Positions 19,644-31,000 of a stretch of 64,000 nucleotides of DNA are shown one piece after another. Position 1 is the stretch's first letter, and each line of letters begins with the position of its first letter. The position numbers were made by a program, and so were the translations under genes. The notes beneath the pieces are model-generated. The model searched no databases. It was not told the DNA's origin and saw only the letters and a program-made list of their open reading frames with translations. The stretch comes from a virus (taxonomy: Duplodnaviria > Caudoviricetes), in the IMG/VR virus record IMGVR_UViG_2868569063_000004, positions 1-64,000 of that record. One strand, given 5' to 3'.

Positions 19644-22600
19644 GCTAATTCCTCCAATTTTTGTTTTATAATTGCAATTTCTCCTTGTAATGAGAGAATA
19701 GTGTTTTTGAGTTTTTGGTTTTCTTGTGTGAGAGAGTCAATACGATGGTGGGCTTTCTGAGTCATGTGAGTATTGAGAGCAATAAATTCGCCATATCTTA
19801 ATGCGTATTCAACAATATTACCTGCTTTATTTGGTTTGAGTAAAATGTCTTTACAAATCAATCCATAATCACTTGTATCTAAATTATTATCATTGAATAT
19901 TTTTTCAGTTTCTCTTGCTCCAAATCCAAAATGAAATCTATCATGATCTTCTTCTGAATCAAAATTTTTATATTTATATTTTATTGGATTTAATTTCATA
20001 TAAATAGATTCTATATTTGGAATATCGTTAATTTTTGACATTTGTGTTTTTAACTCTTCATCAGAGCCTGTTATATTTCCATTTTTCCCCCAAATATTTT
20101 TCCATTTACAATTTGCGTCTCCTAAATTCAAACTTTGATCATAATTACAACCAAAATATCTTGCTGCGTTAGTTGTAACTTCTACATATAACGAAGTATC
20201 CGAACTATGATATATTTTTTTTACATATAAATCATTATAATCAACAGAAATAGTAGCTCCAGAAATAGAAATACCTGAGCCAGCAGAATAAGTTGTTCCC
20301 CCACCACCAGAACTTGTTGGTAATTGTACAGAGCTTAATTGAGAACCATTATTGTTATATAAGCATAAATATCCATTAGAAACATCTATTTTACTTCCAA
20401 ATTCCCTTTTAACCCAACTTGTAGTAGCAGCTCCAATACTACTTGCCGTTATGTTTACAGATGCATCTGATGCACCTTTCCATGAACTTATCTGAGGAGT
20501 TCCATCTAGTTTAATAGTTAATCCACCTGTAATAGAAGAACCTCCACCAGAAGATGAAATTGTTTTCCAACCTATATTCCCGTTACCATCATCTACAAGA
20601 TATTTTGACGCAGATGTATAATTTGGCAAATATGGAATCTTAACAATTGTGTTGCTGTTTCCTAATTGTATAGATGAGCCACGTAATATGGTATCATAAT
20701 CTTTTTCACTTATTATTACTTCATTACTACCATTACAGTAAATTCCTGTAACTTCTTTATTATCTGTATTAACAAGATCCCATCCACAACCATTAGACAT
20801 ATGAAGTGTTCCATCAATAGGATTTCTGACATATCTATAATTATCTTTAGAAGTCCCAGTTAAACTAATTTGATTGTTTACAATTTTAATACCAACGCCA
20901 GCAGTATATCCACCACCACTTGTATCAATAGCATCAATAGCAGCTTTAATAGCAGCTTGCGTCATAGTACCATCAGTATTAGATCCTGTACTAGAATACA
21001 ATTTCATAATACCAGCAGTAGAACTCGTAGCCTGATTTACAGTTGGTGATGTGTTTAATGTATAAACTGTTCCATCTTCTAGTGTAATTTTATATGATCC
21101 AGTTTTTCCACCAGAATAAGTATATCTCCATAATTGATTTATATTATTTCCATAACTACCATGTGAACTTTCTGGATAATTACTCCCTGATAATTCTGTT
21201 ACGGAATAACTTGGGAAAGAATCTGATGTTGTAGAAAGAGAAGGAGATGATACATTTGCTGGTGTGATAGAATCAATTGAGAATCCATAAAAAGAATCGC
21301 TTGAAGAATCTGTTTTCCAATATAACCAAAATGTTGTAGATGGGATACTAACAGTAGTTCCACCAAATGAACCACCTAATTTTGAAAGAGCTATTTTTCT
21401 TCCATTCGATTCATAGAAAATTTGAACCCAGTCATAGGTTGTGGATTCTGTTTGACAATTACTATTAAAAGTAATTTTAAGTCCATTCGCAGATGTCCCA
21501 CCAGAAGTGATAGAAGCTATTCCTCGTCCAGATGATCCGCTAGTGGTAAACTGTTTCCCGTTTAGCCATAGTTCACTTGCATATATTTTATTCCAAGGAG
21601 CAGATGTACTTCCTAAATTACAAGTGCCACCAGCACTTACCATATAATTATCAATATTGGTATATGATGTAACATTATAAGGAGTGAATGCAGGAACACT
21701 ATCATTACTAATGGCAACACACATATTTTTATCACTATTAATAAGAACCGTGTGGCAATGACCAAATCCTTTATATCCCAATATAGTACTCCAATTAATG
21801 TCAGAACTTGAATGGGAATGTGATCGTGCAGCGATCCCTAAATTAGATAATGTATTATTTCCGCTTGCCAATTCAACATTATTAATTTTAGGTTTATTTG
21901 TAAGTCCATTATAATTAGTTGTGCCGCCTTCACCTAAATTAGCCAGTGAAGTATAAGTTTTTTTATCACCAGTAAGATAAATAGCATCTACATAAATACA
22001 TGCATATGGATTAGCTGTTGCTCCAATGCTTATCTGAGAAGTAGTATCTTTAGTTTTACTTACTGTAATATTACCATATGCATCGGTTTCAGTTGATAAC
22101 AAATATGGTAATAAACTAATAGATAACATTCCTGTAGTCGTACTTTCCATACCTACTGCAAAGTTACCGTTTTTATAAGGAAGAATAGTGTGATGATGAT
22201 TATAACCATTAAAGTCAAATGTGTCTGTTGGTTTCCACATAATTGATTTATATGGCACTCCTTTATACTGTCCGAATGAATCAGTAATATTAAGTTTATT
22301 AACATTTAACCATCCATTTGTATTAATATCATCTGCAATTAATGTTAGAACTCTTGCGCCTTGTTCTTTTATCAGAAGCATTCCATGCATTTTTGAAGAG
22401 TCTAAAGATGAATCTATCAACCCAAATCCAATTTGAGTTGTATTAGTTCCCCAGTCAAATGCAGTAATTACTTGTACTGAATCAGTTGGTTCACCAGTTC
22501 CAACATCGTTATAATAAATAGAATATGATTGCTTTGCAGTAATAGATGTAGCAATAACACTACCTGTAAAACTTCCAGTTGCACCAGAAAGTTCTCCTTT

Positions 22601-25600
22601 AAAACTACCTCTTGCAGCTTTTAATTCTCCAGAAAAGCTACCTGTTGCTGCAACTAATTCACCAGAAAAACTTCCGGTAGCAGCTGATAGTTTACCACCA
22701 AAAGTTGCATTCCCTTGATTATCTATATTTAACTGATTGCCAAGTTTTAAACCATCTGGATTCAAACTTATGGATCCATCTCTGTTACTTAATGAATTTG
22801 CAGATATATTCCAACCGCCAATAGTTCCTCCATCAGCGTAAATAGTTCCTGAAAATGTACCAGAGTTAGCATAAAGCTTACCATTTGAATCAACTCTGAA
22901 GTTTCCACTACCAAGAGCAATTCCGTCTGTACCAATATATACATTTTTATCTTTTGATACTGATGTTGGTTGTTCAGGCAAGCTATCCATGCCAGAATAC
23001 AATTTCCCAGCTTCAATAGTAAAACCACCAATACCACCAATATAACCTTTATTAGCAGTGATGCTACCTTCAAATTCACCATTGCCTTTAAAATAAGCAT
23101 TTCCTTTATCATCAATAGCGAAGTTCTTTGCTGTCATAGCACCAGTTTCCATATTAACCTGGAGTCCAGATTGTGCATAAATTCCGTCAACCGCAGAGGG
23201 TCCCTGATAATTCTTAGATTGCAACAACTGAGCAGCAATTAACATAGCATTTACTGTGTTAGTTTCAATAATACCACCGTCGATTTTAGTTTTACCTGGT
23301 CCAGTGTGTGTATTCATTGCAGTGATAATACCATTAATGTCAATGGTGCTGGCATCAATGCTAATATGGTCAGAAATCATCTGAATAAATTTATCAGTAA
23401 CTGTGAACTCAGACTCTTTGTCACCAGTTACCATAAAACTGATTTTATCTGCATTCTGAGTAATAGAAGAGGTGTTTGCTTTAATTTTTTCTTGAGCTTC
23501 AGAAAGATCTGTTTGCATACTGCTTACAGTAGATGTAATCCCAGAAACATTTTGTTTGATATCAGAAAAATCTGTTCGGATAGATTCTTGATCTTTAAGA
23601 TATTGAGTATTACTAACCTTAGTTTCGATTTGTCCAGTCAGAGTATCTGTAACATTCTTAATCTGTTTTGTGTAGTCATCGGTAATAGTCGTCTTTTCTA
23701 TTCCCCACCATTGATTTCCTTTACCATCATAAATATTAGTGATATCAATACCACCTTGTTCATTTGGTTCTATGATTTGGAATCCAAGTTTGTCTTTGGT
23801 AATGGTGGCGTTATTAATCATGTCTCCAAGAATTGTATTATCTGGAATACCTGTCTGGGTAATACCATTTTCATCAAATAAAGCGGCTCTGTCTCCATTT
23901 TTAACAATAAAGTTGAAATCCCCTTTACCGTCCATACCAATCTGCACACGAACATTTCCTTTGGAATCATAAAACTGTTGGGTACTTTCTTGAAATGCAA
24001 TAGTAGGTTTATTGTCTTTAGAGATAAGTACAATTTGATTTGCAAGAGCATTTTGAGCCATTAAATCTCCAACTGCAATTTTCTTTGCGATGAGATTAGT
24101 AATAACAGCCTGATCAATTTCTGCATTTTCTACAGTAAGATGAATTGTATGTAATTCTCCAACTCCTGCATGACCTGCAAGAAGATTTTTTACATTAATC
24201 ATATCAGCATTAATCTGATTAGATTCTATAATCTTAGCTGACAGCTTTTCAATATTTGCCTGTTCCGCTTCGAGAATACGAGTTGTGATCTTATCTGCGG
24301 AAATAAGTTTTACATCGAGATATTTCATGAAAGCAGTATCAACAGTAAGCTTATCAAATACACCTTCTTTTGCTTTCACGAGTTCTGCAATAATTGTATC
24401 AGCGGTAATGGTTCCGCCAGATCCGGTTCCTCCAGTGACAGTTCCACCTAACATTGAATTGAATAGAGGATTTGAAAAGATTTGTTTGATAGCTTCTGAT
24501 GTGATGACATAATCAGAAGTAGAAGATTTGTTGACTGAATTAACACGACCACCATTACGGTTGGAAGTATTAAGGGCATCGTTTAAAAGAGTATTATAAT
24601 CATTCCTTTTAGCTTTGTACTGAATCATATTGCTAAAAGTAACTTCCATAGATTCATCTAAATCACAAGGATTATATGTGATTTCAATTACTCTTAGTTT
24701 AATATAATTAGTATCAGTGATTCCTACACGCACAAAATCATTTACCGCAAGCTGTTCATGGTACTCCTTAAATTCTGGAAGAGCGTATACATTCTCTACA
24801 TCATCAGTATATGTATATTGTGGATGTGATTCCACATACAATTCTTCCAATGCATCGTCATAAAGAACTTTAGACTTATCTACGGCATCAGCAGTACTGT
24901 CAAGAGTAGTAACAATAATATTTTCATTTGTATAAGTGGATTGGCTATATAAACTCTTAATAATATATGTTTCTTTATCAGTAAAAGCTGAGTATTTGTT
25001 CTGTACTTTACCAAAATTTTCAAGTAATACATCTTTTGCAATCTGGTTTCGTTTCTCTTGAATTTCAGGTTTCTTAGCCGCATCATATTCAGCCTGGCGT
25101 TCTTTTAAAGCAGCCTCAGCCTGATCTTTTAAATTCAGATAATCCAGATATTTTTGATGCATCTGAGTAAAATATGCTTCTTCATATCCAGAAAGAGGAT
25201 TATAACCATCTGCATAACCACTCTTTTTTAATTCTTTAATACAGCTATCGTAAGTTGAAATCTTTACTTTTAATTCTGAGATTCCATATAACTTCCAATC
25301 AGTTTCATAAGCTTTTATAATATTTTCAGATTGCGTGAAATACCCAAACTGGCTAGGTGAATCGCCCATCTCTAATTGCATACCGCATATAGTGAAATCA
25401 TTAGTTCCAGCGAATGCTACATCAATTAAACGAGAAGAAAGATTAAAAGAAGTATAAACTCTTGTCCAAGAAGATGTAATGTTATAAGCAACATTCTTTC
25501 TATCTTCTCCAGTGTTATTATAACCAAGATAAAATGTACCGGATCCTTTTACAAAACAACTAAGAGTATATCTCTGAGATGGTTCAATACTAATATTGTG

Positions 25601-27025
25601 TTGATAAATTCCTCCATTAGTACCAGTTACTTTAACTCCACGAGTGATTCCATAAGCAGGAGCATCATCAATTTGTATAGTTTGAAAAGAAGAAGTTCCA
25701 GGGTTTACCATATACCAATCTTGGCCCAACACAATCGGATTTACACATGAAATAATATTTCCTTTACCGAATCCTTCTACGGTTTCGTCTTGAGCTTGTA
25801 ATGCAGCTACAATAGATGGAAGAGTGTAGTTCATAATTGATTCATATAAAGGCCAATCATGTGACTTTTTTAAAGCTTCTAAATCAAAATTCTTTTCATC
25901 ATCAACATATAGAGCTTCTAAACCCTTAATGATTGCCATGTTAGCATTATATGCATCTTTTAAATCTTCAACTTTTTTCCCGAACCAATTTGTTTGAGCA
26001 GTATCAATTGGGACTCTATTCATTAATTCAGTAAGAACTTCCAAATTTTTATTATATTCTTTGGATAAATTAATAAACTCTTCTCTGCGGGACTCCCGGT
26101 AGCTTTGCCATGCATTATATTTTTCTTGTAGTGAAGTATCCATGTAAGGCTCACATATAAAATAGGAAAGATCAGTAATTACAGAATCACCAAAATTGAC
26201 TGCATCAATATTATAATCATCTAAGCCTTCAACATAAAATTGTGTAACTAAATTTTCATCTCTGGAAATAGTTATACTATTCTGAATGTTTCTAAAACCC
26301 AAAACTACATTTGTATCTTTACCTAAGCTGTCAGGTCTATAAACATTTATGGTCATATTTACAGTATCAAACTCAAACACACATTTATAGGCTTGTGCGG
26401 CCTCTTGTGTTAAGAAAGCATATACATTTTGATCGTCTACTTCAAAGTTACATATATTATTAGGGAGTAATTTTCCATCGTCATCAGGAGTAATATTATC
26501 CACATAACCTATATGCCAACCAGGAACATCTGCATGTTTTAATACTAAATGTAAAAAACTTAGATCTTCATTTTCTGAATCATAAAACTTAATCTGATAA
26601 AACTTATTTGTATCATGAGTTGCCTGATACATCATTTCATAGGAATCTTCTTCGCCCATATTAATTTTAAAGTTTTTCAGTTTATATTGAGTAAGCATGA
26701 TTTCATAAGACTCAGCAGTAATCTCTTTAGTTTCACGCAAACCATCATTATTAATAGTTGGCGGATCTACTATTTTGAACCAAATGCCATCACAGTATAG
26801 CTCCATTAACTCATCAAGTTCTTCATACCCGTCAGTAACAGTATTGTTTATGTATTTATCAACAGTAAATGTTAATTCAGCTGTATTATTAGTTTTTAAC
26901 GACAATGAAGCGGTAGATGTATCAATGCCTCCTAGCGCACAATATAATCTTTTGCCAGGTTTAGCTAAATAAATAATAGAAGGCTCAGTACGTCCATAAA
27001 TATCATACTTATGATTTATTTTCAC
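19640..27025 (-). CDS. Tail tip (Tal-like) protein with CBM-like domain, CUB-like domain and C-terminal peptidase S74-like intramolecular chaperone
   Basis: Follows Dit; YTLSCFVKGSG...WTRVYTSF...QLEMG (CBM4/9-like); SDEELK...LNPIKYKY...FGFGARE...LRYGEFIAL plus coiled coil (S74-like). Confidence 0.8.
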   Translation of the reverse strand: MKINHKYDIYGRTEPSIIYLAKPGKRLYCALGGIDTSTASLSLKTNNTAELTFTVDKYINNTVTDGYEELDELMELYCDGIWFKIVDPPTINNDGLRETKEITAESYEIMLTQYKLKNFKINMGEEDSYEMMYQATHDTNKFYQIKFYDSENEDLSFLHLVLKHADVPGWHIGYVDNITPDDDGKLLPNNICNFEVDDQNVYAFLTQEAAQAYKCVFEFDTVNMTINVYRPDSLGKDTNVVLGFRNIQNSITISRDENLVTQFYVEGLDDYNIDAVNFGDSVITDLSYFICEPYMDTSLQEKYNAWQSYRESRREEFINLSKEYNKNLEVLTELMNRVPIDTAQTNWFGKKVEDLKDAYNANMAIIKGLEALYVDDEKNFDLEALKKSHDWPLYESIMNYTLPSIVAALQAQDETVEGFGKGNIISCVNPIVLGQDWYMVNPGTSSFQTIQIDDAPAYGITRGVKVTGTNGGIYQHNISIEPSQRYTLSCFVKGSGTFYLGYNNTGEDRKNVAYNITSSWTRVYTSFNLSSRLIDVAFAGTNDFTICGMQLEMGDSPSQFGYFTQSENIIKAYETDWKLYGISELKVKISTYDSCIKELKKSGYADGYNPLSGYEEAYFTQMHQKYLDYLNLKDQAEAALKERQAEYDAAKKPEIQEKRNQIAKDVLLENFGKVQNKYSAFTDKETYIIKSLYSQSTYTNENIIVTTLDSTADAVDKSKVLYDDALEELYVESHPQYTYTDDVENVYALPEFKEYHEQLAVNDFVRVGITDTNYIKLRVIEITYNPCDLDESMEVTFSNMIQYKAKRNDYNTLLNDALNTSNRNGGRVNSVNKSSTSDYVITSEAIKQIFSNPLFNSMLGGTVTGGTGSGGTITADTIIAELVKAKEGVFDKLTVDTAFMKYLDVKLISADKITTRILEAEQANIEKLSAKIIESNQINADMINVKNLLAGHAGVGELHTIHLTVENAEIDQAVITNLIAKKIAVGDLMAQNALANQIVLISKDNKPTIAFQESTQQFYDSKGNVRVQIGMDGKGDFNFIVKNGDRAALFDENGITQTGIPDNTILGDMINNATITKDKLGFQIIEPNEQGGIDITNIYDGKGNQWWGIEKTTITDDYTKQIKNVTDTLTGQIETKVSNTQYLKDQESIRTDFSDIKQNVSGITSTVSSMQTDLSEAQEKIKANTSSITQNADKISFMVTGDKESEFTVTDKFIQMISDHISIDASTIDINGIITAMNTHTGPGKTKIDGGIIETNTVNAMLIAAQLLQSKNYQGPSAVDGIYAQSGLQVNMETGAMTAKNFAIDDKGNAYFKGNGEFEGSITANKGYIGGIGGFTIEAGKLYSGMDSLPEQPTSVSKDKNVYIGTDGIALGSGNFRVDSNGKLYANSGTFSGTIYADGGTIGGWNISANSLSNRDGSISLNPDGLKLGNQLNIDNQGNATFGGKLSAATGSFSGELVAATGSFSGELKAARGSFKGELSGATGSFTGSVIATSITAKQSYSIYYNDVGTGEPTDSVQVITAFDWGTNTTQIGFGLIDSSLDSSKMHGMLLIKEQGARVLTLIADDINTNGWLNVNKLNITDSFGQYKGVPYKSIMWKPTDTFDFNGYNHHHTILPYKNGNFAVGMESTTTGMLSISLLPYLLSTETDAYGNITVSKTKDTTSQISIGATANPYACIYVDAIYLTGDKKTYTSLANLGEGGTTNYNGLTNKPKINNVELASGNNTLSNLGIAARSHSHSSSDINWSTILGYKGFGHCHTVLINSDKNMCVAISNDSVPAFTPYNVTSYTNIDNYMVSAGGTCNLGSTSAPWNKIYASELWLNGKQFTTSGSSGRGIASITSGGTSANGLKITFNSNCQTESTTYDWVQIFYESNGRKIALSKLGGSFGGTTVSIPSTTFWLYWKTDSSSDSFYGFSIDSITPANVSSPSLSTTSDSFPSYSVTELSGSNYPESSHGSYGNNINQLWRYTYSGGKTGSYKITLEDGTVYTLNTSPTVNQATSSTAGIMKLYSSTGSNTDGTMTQAAIKAAIDAIDTSGGGYTAGVGIKIVNNQISLTGTSKDNYRYVRNPIDGTLHMSNGCGWDLVNTDNKEVTGIYCNGSNEVIISEKDYDTILRGSSIQLGNSNTIVKIPYLPNYTSASKYLVDDGNGNIGWKTISSSGGGSSITGGLTIKLDGTPQISSWKGASDASVNITASSIGAATTSWVKREFGSKIDVSNGYLCLYNNNGSQLSSVQLPTSSGGGGTTYSAGSGISISGATISVDYNDLYVKKIYHSSDTSLYVEVTTNAARYFGCNYDQSLNLGDANCKWKNIWGKNGNITGSDEELKTQMSKINDIPNIESIYMKLNPIKYKYKNFDSEEDHDRFHFGFGARETEKIFNDNNLDTSDYGLICKDILLKPNKAGNIVEYALRYGEFIALNTHMTQKAHHRIDSLTQENQKLKNTILSLQGEIAIIKQKLEELA

Positions 27026-27966
27026 CCAAACGCACCCACCTTTCTTGGTTCTCTATAAATAAGCTCAAATGTAGCATCACCAGTGAATCTTAATTCATTT
27101 TCACCGTAAGCCAATCTAAGCCAGTATATATTATCTATATCTTTTACACCCAAATCTTCAAAACTTATAATTGAATTAGTAATGTCATATATTTTTAAAT
27201 GCTGGCAATCAATATAAAAGTCATCATCTTTTAAAGCATTTATTTTCATTGTTCCGTTATTGTCTGTTACATTTTGGATTGTAATAGTGCCATGGCTTTT
27301 AGGGGAAATTTTAATAAGAGGATAGATGTAATCTTCATGACAGTCAGAAGTGTTGTTAATTATATAAGTTTTTGGAAGAGTAGAAGAAGAGGTGATATTA
27401 TGCGTAATCTCAGGAGTGTAACCATATGGACTGTCGCAAGTGACTGTAAAATTCATTTCATATGGGAACACAACATGATCAGTAGTAATTTCTGTGAATG
27501 TAGCAAAGAACTCTATATCTTCGTAGAAGTAGTCACCACCAAGTATCTTAAATAATTTTGGTGTTTGTGGAGAAGTTAACCAGCCATTAATAATACGGAT
27601 ATTGCTTGAAGAAAGGTAATCAGTATCATTCATCTGTATAACACCTAATTTAACATCTGGTATGTACTCCAATGGGAAAGTAATAATACCATTTTTCAAT
27701 ATAGGAGTACATTTTTCTGGGTATGTAATGATTCCACTAGATAATTCAGGTGTCACATTTATATTGTGACAAGGATTTTTCATGATGCTAAGTGTAAAGC
27801 TATAATTATCGTCGTACACTGTTCCGAAATGATTTTCTCTTGCTCTATATCTATTCTTTTCTCCTAACTGTAAAGATCTGCTTTCAAGATTATCATTGTC
27901 TGTGATTCCAGTCATTATAATCCCGTATTCACTAGAATTATGTCCATCAAATTCAAATTGTAACAT
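27022..27966 (-). CDS. Distal tail protein (Dit)
   Basis: Directly after the tape measure gene; FEFDGHNSSEYGII, INGWLT, FTVTCDSPYGY, WLRLAYGENEL. Confidence 0.8.
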   Translation of the reverse strand: MLQFEFDGHNSSEYGIIMTGITDNDNLESRSLQLGEKNRYRARENHFGTVYDDNYSFTLSIMKNPCHNINVTPELSSGIITYPEKCTPILKNGIITFPLEYIPDVKLGVIQMNDTDYLSSSNIRIINGWLTSPQTPKLFKILGGDYFYEDIEFFATFTEITTDHVVFPYEMNFTVTCDSPYGYTPEITHNITSSSTLPKTYIINNTSDCHEDYIYPLIKISPKSHGTITIQNVTDNNGTMKINALKDDDFYIDCQHLKIYDITNSIISFEDLGVKDIDNIYWLRLAYGENELRFTGDATFELIYREPRKVGAFG

Positions 27967-28001
27967 TTATTCACCTCTTTCATTTTATAATTTCATACAA
28001 T

Positions 28002-28027
28002 AAAAGAACTGCCGAAGCAGTCCTTTT
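28002..28027 (-). terminator. Intrinsic terminator after the tape measure gene
   Basis: Minus strand AAAAGGACTGC-TTCG-GCAGTTCTTTT. Confidence 0.75.
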
Positions 28028-28028
28028 A

Positions 28029-31000
28029 TCATCTAAGCTTTCTCCAGTCTCTAGTCATATTTTTGTTAATAATTGTAGAAACTTTGTTTGCGACATCTTG
28101 GATGTCTAAATCATTACTCATATTTGCTACATTAATGTTCACTTCGTTGTTGATAGTATAATCATTATTTGTTGCAGTAGGAGTAACCGGGTTAAACATA
28201 TTGGTAAAGTTATTCATTGCAGCAATAGAAGGTTTGAGCAGACGAGTAAATTCTTCGGTCATTACTGATTCGCCAACTTTTGCACCAATGAATCCATGAT
28301 CTCCATTACTAATAATAGCCTTACCTAAAAGAGTGCTCATGTCAGCAGGTATTAGTTTATTTATTATTCCACCAGTAGCAAAACCATATGATTTATACTT
28401 TTGAAGTATCTGATTTTTTAAAGCAGAACCCCATGAATCATATTTTTTAACACCTGGAGTACTAATTCCAAGAATATCTGCAAGCTGTTGCATTTCTTTT
28501 GGTCCGACTTTTTTACCTTTGGAATTGAAGTAACCTACTAACTGACTAACACCAGATGGAATATCAGTTGCTCCATCTGGACGATTAGGTAGAGAGCTTG
28601 TCCAATCCTTCAGATATGCCTTTTTGAATCCTTCAACTGCGACATCAGACTGGTAGCTATGATTAGCCCCATTTTGATATGCATATTGCATGGCGGCTCT
28701 TAAGTTATCTCCAGAAGTAACATCAATCCCTGCATTAGCTGCATAGGATTTAATTGCTTCGTAATGAGCGTTTGGCATTACATGAACGGTACAAGTAGCT
28801 TTAGCAAGACCACCACCGCCAATAGCAGTAATGATACATTTTCTTGTTTTAGACTCATCACGCGCCATTAAACCGTTCTTATTAAGACCTGAAGACACAC
28901 CACGAACTGTACCATCAGAAGAAACTTTCGCAATAGATTCATCAGAACTTTTCCATTCAATATCAGAGTGCTCCGGTTTGCTTGGTGACCATGTTGCTTT
29001 AAGCTGCTGTTTAATATGGTCATAAGTTAAATAAATATCAGTAGCGTTTAGTTTTAAACTGTATTTCTTGTTATTAACTGTACCTGGAGTTTCATTTCCA
29101 GCACCAGTGGAGTCTTTATTGCTATTAAATGTATTGTGAATACCATTCTCAGCACCGGTATATGTATTATTACCAGTTGTAGAACCACCTTGCCCATTGC
29201 TTGTTCCATATGGAAGAGTAACTTTCATATTAGAAATGGTTTCTAATGCTTTTATCTGTTGAATCAAACTTGTATTGAAATCAGCAGACTTACCTATCAT
29301 AGTATCAAATGTGCTAGACACCTTAACACCATACTGATCCATCACAGTATGTAAATGTTTATATGTGTTATCATAATTAGTGGTTACATTGGTAAGCATT
29401 CCACTAATAATAGCTTCCTGAAACGAAGAATTTTTCTTTACTGCATCAAGTGTATTATCTAATGCCTTATTTGCCTCATCTGAAAAATTCTCATAGCCGG
29501 TATTTTTCATATCGACTTCATGCTGATGCATTGTATCGGCCATATCGTCTTCTGCATCTGCAAGTTCCGCACGTAATTTCTCAAGACGAGCTTTGGCGGC
29601 AGCATTACTGGTTCCTTCAAGGGCAGCTATCTGGGATTTAAGAGTATTAATATCTTTAGACTTCTTTTTTAAAGTTTTGTCATAATCGTAATATTTCTCT
29701 TTAGCAGAAAGAGCGTCTTTACGCTTATCAATATTTTCCTGAAGTAAATCATTCTCTTTCTTAATTTGAGTCTCATACATATCAAGCATATTCTGTTTCA
29801 GTTCAGAAAGAGCAGTAGATTCTTGTTGAATACCATCAAGAAGTTGTTTGCTTTTCTCATTGTATTCGTCTAAGCTGTAACAACCATTTTTATATTGTTC
29901 TTCAAGCTTATTAAGACCTTCCCTATAGTTAGCAATCTTTTGTTTTGTCGCATCTATAGATTCTTGAGTTAATAAAATGTTAGTTAATCCATTTGTAGTA
30001 AATGAACCATCATCATTGTAAAAACTTTCAGCGTCACCGAGAAGTTTTTGCATAGTCTGATATTCAGTGATAACATTTGATAGTTTATCTTGTGCATCAT
30101 CAAATGGTTTCCAGCGAAGTTCCATGATTTCATTTTTCAGATTTTCTATATCACTGCCGATTTTTAAAATTTGTTCGTCAATCTGTGCTATAGAATTAAG
30201 ATATTTCTGGGCTTCTTCATTATTCATAGAAGAAAAATGAGTATCATAGTATTCGGCTTTTTCTGCACGAAGTTTTTGAAGTGCATTGATCTGTCTCGCA
30301 TTAGATTTAATGCGCTCCTGATAAATCTTTTCGTTAATCTGATATTCAGGATTATCATTTGCTTTTGCGTAATCAATTACTGCATCCTGCTTGGAACCTG
30401 CACGATCCCAGCGGTCAACAGCCCATTGTTTTATCTGTTCACGATTATCTTGTAAAGCCTGAACTAATTCAGCAGCTTCATTTTCTAACTTAACAGCCTC
30501 TGTCTGGAGACTATAAAGCTGTTTCTTCATCTTTTGGTATTCTGGATCGACAGTTTTATGTCCATTTACCTTAAGATATTCTTTCATCCTACCTTTATAT
30601 TCTTTTATTTCTTTATCAGTAAGACGTTTCTGTTCATTGGTATAATAGAGTTCCTTTTTCATGTATTTTTCATATTTAGAACCAGGTTTCTGATTATACC
30701 CTTGTGAGACTCTCAATTCCTGTTTAGCGTTGTAATAGTCAGCTTTATTCTCACGTTTACCTATGACGGTGTCATAAGCTTCAATAACACGTTCGACCTT
30801 TGCTTTAGCTAAATCTTTCTGTGACTTAGTGAGTTCACGAATCGCTTTGTCACAATCCAAGATTTTTTCATACCATTCCTGATATGCGTCAACACGTTTC
30901 TTATCATCTTCGGATAAACTTTCAATATTGATTGTACCATTCTGGACTTTCTTTTTCAGTTCGTCAGATAAACCAACAGCAGAAGCAACTTCATTTGCTT

